Notes under the pieces: model-generated
What the model was told of the DNA's origin: nothing
What the model saw: only the letters and a program-made list of their open reading frames with translations
The model's database searches: none
Position numbers and translations under genes: made by a program
From: Candidatus Lustribacter sp.
GTDB lineage: Bacteria; Vulcanimicrobiota; Vulcanimicrobiia; Vulcanimicrobiales; Vulcanimicrobiaceae
Direction of reading: 5' to 3'
Assembly (NCBI GenBank): GCA_965277805.1
Contig: OZ255842.1
Location: 1-64,000 of the forward strand
DNA length: 64,000 nucleotides
Shown here: positions 58,496-64,000 of the stretch, in pieces
Layout: the number at the start of each line of letters is the position of its first letter
Position numbering within the stretch: position 1 is the first letter of the stretch

Positions 58496-58851
58496 GCGAC
58501 GATCGATTTCGCGCTGATCTCAAGGTGATAGATTTCCGGCAATGCCAACCGGAAGAGCAAGAATTTTTCGGCTACACTCAGACGTAATGCGTTTGAGAGA
58601 CGGGCGACGAATTGTGGCGAAACCCGTACCGGGCGCCCGCTTTCGAATGACCGATACCAGTCGACGGTCACACCGACGAGTTCGGCAACTTCACCGCGCC
58701 GTAGACCGGCCACTCTCCGGCGCGCCGTTTGCGGCAAACCGAGCTCGATCGGGTCGACGTTCGAACGGCGAACCATGAGAAACTCGCGCAACTGTCGCCG
58801 CCGATGACCGTCTTCCTGGATTTGAAGGTAGTCCACGTCTAGGGCTGACAT
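58492..58851 (-). CDS. short MmyB-type HTH protein lacking a ligand-binding domain
   Basis: RRRQLREFL..RR..VDP.ELGLP..ARRRVAGLRRGEVAELVGV..DWY..FESGR; close paralogue of 57012-57401. Confidence 0.82.
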   Translation of the reverse strand: MSALDVDYLQIQEDGHRRRQLREFLMVRRSNVDPIELGLPQTARRRVAGLRRGEVAELVGVTVDWYRSFESGRPVRVSPQFVARLSNALRLSVAEKFLLFRLALPEIYHLEISAKSIVA

Positions 58852-58980
58852 CGGAATCAAGATCCTCTCTGATCGACTCCTGGCCAATGAGTTACGAGAA
58901 AACCGTAACACTCAGTGCGCACAAGAAACAGTAAGCGCGAGCTACTCCCTCCAAGGGGCGCGAGCCGCTACGCTCGCGGT

Positions 58981-61080
58981 ATGAAGACGAGTCGCTCGCG
59001 ATTCATCCGTGCCGGCATAGCGTTTGGGGCGGGATTGAGCCTGGGCCTCCGCTTGCCGGCCGGTGCGCAAAACGACGTGTTTGCACCAAACGCTTGGGTG
59101 CGCATCGCTCCTGACGATTCCGTCACGATTCTCCTCAGCAAGTCGGAGATGGGACAAGGCGTGATCCACGGCCTACCGACAATTTTGGCCGATGAGCTCG
59201 ACGCGGATCCGCAGCGCATTCGCACGCTGTTCGCACCGCCGAACGCGGCTTACGTCGATCCCGAACTCGGGGAGCAAGCCACGGGCGGGAGTACCTCGAT
59301 CAACAGTACGTGGTTGCCGTTGCGCCACGCCGGTGCCACAGCACGCGCGATGCTCGTCGCGGCAGCCGCCAAACAGTGGGACGTCGAACCTGCAAGCTGC
59401 ACGACTCGCGAGAACGTCGTATACCATGCCGGCTCCAACCGTTCCGCGACGTACGGTAACCTCGCGCTTGCGGCGGCCGCGCTTACGGTTCCGGCGAACG
59501 TTCCGCTGAAGCCGGTAAACCGGTTCACACTGATCGGCCGGCCGCGGCCTCGACCCGACACTCCGTCGAAGGTCAACGGCTCAGCCCAATACGGGATCGA
59601 CGTTCGGCTCCCGGGGATGGTATACGCTGCGATCGCACGCTCGCCGGTGTTCGGCGGACGCGTCAAGGATGTCGACGATCGCAAGGCGCGTGCGGTTACC
59701 GGCGTGCTCGACGTGATTCGGATATCGAACGGGATTGCCGTCATCGCGAAGAACACGTGGGCGGCATTTCAGGGCCGAAACGTGTTAGCAATTGCTTGGA
59801 GCGAAGGTCCGAACGCTAAGGCGTCGAGTGCAGAGTTATTCGCCGAGGCGGCGGAACTTGCGCGCACGCGCAAAGGCGAGCACGTCGGTCTCGCACGTGG
59901 CAAGCCTGTGGCGGCGCGCGGAACTGTGCTTGAAGCGACCTATCGCGGGCCGTTCCTCGCGCACGCCGCGATGGAGCCGATGAACACGACCGCGTACGTT
60001 CACGACGGAACGTGCGAAGTGTGGTCGCCGAACCAGGTGCCGCAGCGCGCGCAACTCGCCGCATCGAAAGGCAGCGGGTTGGCGCTCGAACAGTGTACGA
60101 TTCACACCACGCTGTTGGGCGGTGGCTTTGGCCGCCGGCTCGAGGCCGATTACGTCGAGGAAGCCGCTGAAGTTGCGCGGGCCGTTCGCGCTCCGGTGAA
60201 GGTCACGTGGAGTCGCGAGGACGACATCCAGCACGACTTTTACCGTCCGATGAGCCTAAACGTCTTGCGCGGCGTTATCGCTGATCGCGAGCTCCTCGCG
60301 CTGGAACATCTGGTCGTCCAGCGCTCCTGGCTTGAACGCTGGAAGCCGGCGTGGTTCAAGGGTGGCTTCGATCCGCTCGGGCTCGAGGGGATCGCGGACA
60401 CACCCTACGCGATCCCGAACCTGCGTGCGTCGTTCATCGATCATCAGCACGGAATCCCCGTCGGGTCGTGGCGAGCGCCACAGGCGAATTGGAACACGTT
60501 CGTGACGGAAAGCTTCATCGACGAACTAGCCCATGCTGCCGAAGCAGATCCCGTTGCATTTCGCCTTGCGTTGTTGAAGAAGAACCCTCGTGCCGCCGCC
60601 GTCCTCCATCTCGTTGCCGGCCGTGGAGGCTGGGGCCGGCGACGGGCAGGCGTGGGCCAAGGCGTCGCCATGATCTTCTGGGCCGGCAGTGTCGCCGCTA
60701 TGATCGCCGAGGTTTCGCTCAAGGGAAAACTGCCGAACGTACATCGCGTCGTCATCGCGGCGGATTGCGGAACCGCCGTCAATCCCGACATCGTCGTGCA
60801 ACAGGCGCAAGGCGCCACCAACTTCGCCCTCTCGGCGGCGCTAACTGGAAAAATCACAATCGCGAACGGCCGCGTCGAGCAGAACAACTTTTACGACTAC
60901 ACGGTGCTGCGCATTGCGGATGCTCCCCGCATCGAGGTCCACGTGGTACCGAGTAAAGCCGCGCCGAGCGGCATCGGCGAGCTCTGCGCGCCGCCGATCG
61001 CGCCGGCCGTGGGGAACGCGATCTTTCAACTCACCGGCAAGCGACTTCGTACGCTGCCCTTCAACGACGCATTGGACTAG
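58981..61080 (+). CDS. iorB: isoquinoline 1-oxidoreductase beta-like molybdopterin-binding subunit, Tat-like leader
   Basis: MKTSRSRFI leader; EMGQG, TGGSTS, HAAMEP, GGGFGRR, WSREDD, GSWRAP, GIGE. Confidence 0.9.
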   Translation: MKTSRSRFIRAGIAFGAGLSLGLRLPAGAQNDVFAPNAWVRIAPDDSVTILLSKSEMGQGVIHGLPTILADELDADPQRIRTLFAPPNAAYVDPELGEQATGGSTSINSTWLPLRHAGATARAMLVAAAAKQWDVEPASCTTRENVVYHAGSNRSATYGNLALAAAALTVPANVPLKPVNRFTLIGRPRPRPDTPSKVNGSAQYGIDVRLPGMVYAAIARSPVFGGRVKDVDDRKARAVTGVLDVIRISNGIAVIAKNTWAAFQGRNVLAIAWSEGPNAKASSAELFAEAAELARTRKGEHVGLARGKPVAARGTVLEATYRGPFLAHAAMEPMNTTAYVHDGTCEVWSPNQVPQRAQLAASKGSGLALEQCTIHTTLLGGGFGRRLEADYVEEAAEVARAVRAPVKVTWSREDDIQHDFYRPMSLNVLRGVIADRELLALEHLVVQRSWLERWKPAWFKGGFDPLGLEGIADTPYAIPNLRASFIDHQHGIPVGSWRAPQANWNTFVTESFIDELAHAAEADPVAFRLALLKKNPRAAAVLHLVAGRGGWGRRRAGVGQGVAMIFWAGSVAAMIAEVSLKGKLPNVHRVVIAADCGTAVNPDIVVQQAQGATNFALSAALTGKITIANGRVEQNNFYDYTVLRIADAPRIEVHVVPSKAAPSGIGELCAPPIAPAVGNAIFQLTGKRLRTLPFNDALD

Positions 61081-61086
61081 AGCGAC

Positions 61087-61542
61087 ATGCTTTCAATAAA
61101 CGTCAACGATAGCGAGCACGAGATTGATGTTCCACCCGACACGCCGTTACTGTGGGTTATTCGCGACGAGATCGGATTGACGGGCACGAAGTTCGGATGC
61201 GGCGTGGCCCAATGCGGTGCGTGCACCGTCCATCTCGACGGCCAAGCAACGCGTTCGTGCGTTTTTCCCGTGTCCGCCGCCGTCGGGAAGCGCGTGCAAA
61301 CGATCGAGTCACTTTCCAGCGACAACTCGCATCCGGTCCAGCGGGCATGGATCGCTCAGCAAGTGCCGCAGTGCGGATATTGTCAATCGGGGCAGATCAT
61401 GGCCGCCGTGGCGCTGCTGCGCGAAGCGAAACACCCGAGCGACGTGCAGATCGATCACGCCATGACCAATATCTGCCGCTGCGGCACGTACGATCGGATT
61501 CGCAGCGCCATTCATCTCGCGGCCCGCGAGCTGGACGGCTGA
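61087..61542 (+). CDS. iorA: 2Fe-2S small subunit of isoquinoline/aldehyde oxidoreductase
   Basis: [34 protein letters not shown]. Confidence 0.93.
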   Translation: MLSINVNDSEHEIDVPPDTPLLWVIRDEIGLTGTKFGCGVAQCGACTVHLDGQATRSCVFPVSAAVGKRVQTIESLSSDNSHPVQRAWIAQQVPQCGYCQSGQIMAAVALLREAKHPSDVQIDHAMTNICRCGTYDRIRSAIHLAARELDG

Positions 61543-61544
61543 CG

Positions 61545-62183
61545 ATGTTGAAGTTTCGGACGGCAAACGCTGCTGCAGTCGGCTTGACTACTGCGCTGCT
61601 GATCGGATCCATTTTCAGCTCGGGTTTTGGCAGCCCCGAGCCGGCGGCGGCACCGGCGAGCGCGGCGACGATACGAGCCAAGAAGGACGCATCGGCCAAG
61701 CTCTTTCTCCAGATGGCGGTAGTCATTGAAAGCCCGCGCTGTCTCAATTGTCATCCTGCCGGTCGTAGTCCGACCCAAGGCGACGACATGCACCTGCATA
61801 CGCCGCCGATCGTTTCGGACGCGTCCGGTCATGGTATCCCGGGCTTGCACTGCAGCGCTTGCCACAGTCCGTCAAACGAACCCATCAATATGCCGAACAT
61901 CAAAGTCGTACCCGGCAACCCTGCGTGGTCCTTGGCGCCCGCGGCATTCGCATGGCAGCACCGGACGCTCCACGAGATTTGCGAGCAGATTAAAAATCCG
62001 CAGCGCAACGGCGGCCGGAGTTTGGAGAAGATCCACGATCACGTTGCCTACGATCCGCTGGTTGGTTGGGCATGGCATCCCGGGCTCGGCCGCAAGCCGG
62101 CGCCGATGACGCAAGCGACGTTCGGTAAGCTCGTTCAGCACTGGATCAACTCCGGCGCGGAATGTCCGTCGGCATCGACGTAG
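61545..62183 (+). CDS. membrane-anchored/periplasmic c-type cytochrome associated with iorAB
   Basis: N-terminal hydrophobic segment; two CxxCH motifs (CLNCH, CSACH). Confidence 0.82.
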   Translation: MLKFRTANAAAVGLTTALLIGSIFSSGFGSPEPAAAPASAATIRAKKDASAKLFLQMAVVIESPRCLNCHPAGRSPTQGDDMHLHTPPIVSDASGHGIPGLHCSACHSPSNEPINMPNIKVVPGNPAWSLAPAAFAWQHRTLHEICEQIKNPQRNGGRSLEKIHDHVAYDPLVGWAWHPGLGRKPAPMTQATFGKLVQHWINSGAECPSAST

Positions 62184-62186
62184 CCC

Positions 62187-64000
62187 GTGGGAGGTGAGGC
62201 GTTCGGTTACCCGGGCATGCGGCCAGGATGGACACACAGCAACAAATCGGGCGTGGGGACGGCATATTCGACGTCCAGCCGGCTGTGGTTCACGACCTGG
62301 AAAGGTATCGTCACCGAGGTGTCCTACCCGACCATCGACCGGCCACAGCTGCGCGACGTGCAGTACCTGATGAGCGACGGCAAGAGCTACTTTCACGAAG
62401 AGAAACGAGACCTTACGTTCGAGATCGAGCGGATCTCGGAGGAGACGCTTGGATACCGCTGCACAAACAGCGACCCCGCCGGCCGGTATACCGTAGTCAA
62501 GGACGTCATCGCGGATCCGCACCTCGCGTGCCTGCTGCAGCGCACTCGCATCACCGCACACGATCCTGCGTTCCTCGATACGCTGCACGTGTATGTGCTA
62601 TGTGCGCCGCATTTGGAGGTCGGCGGCTACGGCAACTCCGGATACGTGAAGGCCGTCAACGGCGGACGCGTGCTGATGGCAAAAAAGGGACTGACCTGGA
62701 TGGCTATGGCAGCCACCGTTCCGTTTGCCCGAACATCATGCGGTTTCGTCGGTGCGAGCGATGGCTGGACCGACCTTCACCGCAATTTCACGATGGATTG
62801 GGAGTTCGACACCGCAACCGACGGCAACGTGGCGCTGACCGCCGAGCTCGACCTCGGCACAACGAAAGAGTTCACGCTCGGAATCGCTTTTGGCGACACC
62901 GAGCATAATGCGATCGCGACACTTGTGCAGTCGTTGTCTCTTTCGTTCGACGATCAGCTCGCGACGTTCAAGGCGCAGTGGCAACAGCCATCTGCCCGCA
63001 TGGCCGACCTGGCACCGCATTCGCATGACGAGGGCAACCTCTACCGCGGCAGCTACAGTATGCTGTTGGCCCATGAGGACAAGACCTACCCGGGGGCGCT
63101 GATTGCATCGCTTACCGTTCCGTGGGGCGAAATCAAGAGCGACGACGACACGGGCGGAAACCACCTCGTGTGGACGCGCGACTTAGTCAGCAGCGTTTTG
63201 GCGCTCCTCGCAGCCGGCGATGTGCGCACGGCACTGCGTGCGCTTATCTTTCTCGCCGTCTCGCAGCACGACGACGGCGGATACGCGCAGAACTTCTGGG
63301 TGGACGGCGACGCGTACTGGAACGGGACGCAACTCGACGAGGTCGCGTTCCCGGTCATGCTGGCCTGGCGACTTTATCACATGGGCGGGCTCGCCGGCTT
63401 CGATCCGTACGAGATGGTTCGCCGGAGCGTCGGCTTTCTTATCCGCAACGGCCCGGTCACGCAACAGGAGCGCTGGGAAGAAGCGTCGGGCTATTCACCG
63501 TCCACGCTCGCGGCGAACATCGTCGCGCTGACGTGTGCGGCGTTCATTTGCCGAGCTCGCGGGGATGCGGCCACGGCCGAGTTCATCCAGGACCAAGCCG
63601 ATTACTTGGAAGACCACATCGAGGAGTGGACCGTCACGAGCACCGGCACGCTCGGCAAGGGGCCATATTACATGCGCATCCTGCCCGAGCTCGTCGGTCA
63701 GGAGAATCCCGCCGAGGACAAGGAAACGCGGATCTTGCGCATTGCCAATCGCGCTCCGGATGAGGCGGATTCGTTTCCGGCGCGCGAGGTGGTCGACGGC
63801 GGTTTTCTCGAGCTTGTCCGACACGGTATCCGCGCACCGGACGATCCCGTCGTTCTCAATACGTTGAAGATCATCGACGCGGTGCTGAAGGTCGAAACGC
63901 CTGCCGGACCGTCATGGCATCGCTACAATCACGACGGCTACGGCCAGCAACGCGACGGCGAGTCGTTCACCTCGTATGGCGTCGGCCGCGCGTGGCCGTT
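62187..64000 (+). CDS. glucoamylase/glucodextranase, glycoside hydrolase family 15 (3'-truncated by the window edge)
   Basis: Frame from GTG 62187 consistent with the window-end translation: AFG.PG..P.W, K.GVGTA, EV.YP.ID, ASL.VPWG, LVWTRD, QLDE, QERWEE, RYN.DGYG. Confidence 0.9.
   Translation, partial: MGGEAFGYPGMRPGWTHSNKSGVGTAYSTSSRLWFTTWKGIVTEVSYPTIDRPQLRDVQYLMSDGKSYFHEEKRDLTFEIERISEETLGYRCTNSDPAGRYTVVKDVIADPHLACLLQRTRITAHDPAFLDTLHVYVLCAPHLEVGGYGNSGYVKAVNGGRVLMAKKGLTWMAMAATVPFARTSCGFVGASDGWTDLHRNFTMDWEFDTATDGNVALTAELDLGTTKEFTLGIAFGDTEHNAIATLVQSLSLSFDDQLATFKAQWQQPSARMADLAPHSHDEGNLYRGSYSMLLAHEDKTYPGALIASLTVPWGEIKSDDDTGGNHLVWTRDLVSSVLALLAAGDVRTALRALIFLAVSQHDDGGYAQNFWVDGDAYWNGTQLDEVAFPVMLAWRLYHMGGLAGFDPYEMVRRSVGFLIRNGPVTQQERWEEASGYSPSTLAANIVALTCAAFICRARGDAATAEFIQDQADYLEDHIEEWTVTSTGTLGKGPYYMRILPELVGQENPAEDKETRILRIANRAPDEADSFPAREVVDGGFLELVRHGIRAPDDPVVLNTLKIIDAVLKVETPAGPSWHRYNHDGYGQQRDGESFTSYGVGRAWP

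Noticed and set aside
62187-64000. Pseudogene or frameshift in the GH15 gene (absent from the ORF track)
   Set aside because: The start and end translations are in the same frame; it is missing from the track only because its stop lies beyond the window.

Overview
This is a GC-rich, densely coding bacterial chromosome segment of about 73 genes. The protein style (many orphan NMT1/SsuA-type binding proteins, many apparently leaderless genes) is suggestive of Vulcanimicrobiota/Ca. Eremiobacterota, but that is a weak inference. Left to right it contains: (1) a branched-chain-type ABC transporter; (2) a suf Fe-S operon, sufC-D-S-U, with no sufB and with a divergent sufR-like regulator plus a second IscU-like gene; (3) a ~20 kb aromatic/N-heterocycle catabolic region with two Rieske oxygenases, meta-cleavage enzymes, an M20 protein that has lost its metal ligands, an orphan molybdoenzyme subunit and a split TPP decarboxylase; (4) a stress block (BON, PRC-barrel, hsp20-dnaK, TMEM175); (5) a methyltransferase-TetR-hydrolase/glycosyltransferase fusion operon; (6) a BNR-repeat/MoaD-ThiS gene pair whose 3' end is duplicated as a 44-bp direct repeat around a 5.7-kb LacI/ASST/ABC/2OG-oxygenase cassette; (7) detoxification enzymes; (8) a cluster of short MmyB-type HTH regulators interleaved with a globin and a PP2C phosphatase, whose neighbouring divergent promoters share an inverted GAGTWA..TACTC motif; (9) an iorB-iorA-cytochrome c operon; and (10) a GH15 glucoamylase running off the end. 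I saw no rRNA, tRNA, CRISPR array, integrase or transposase. All product calls come from motif recognition by eye, with no database search.
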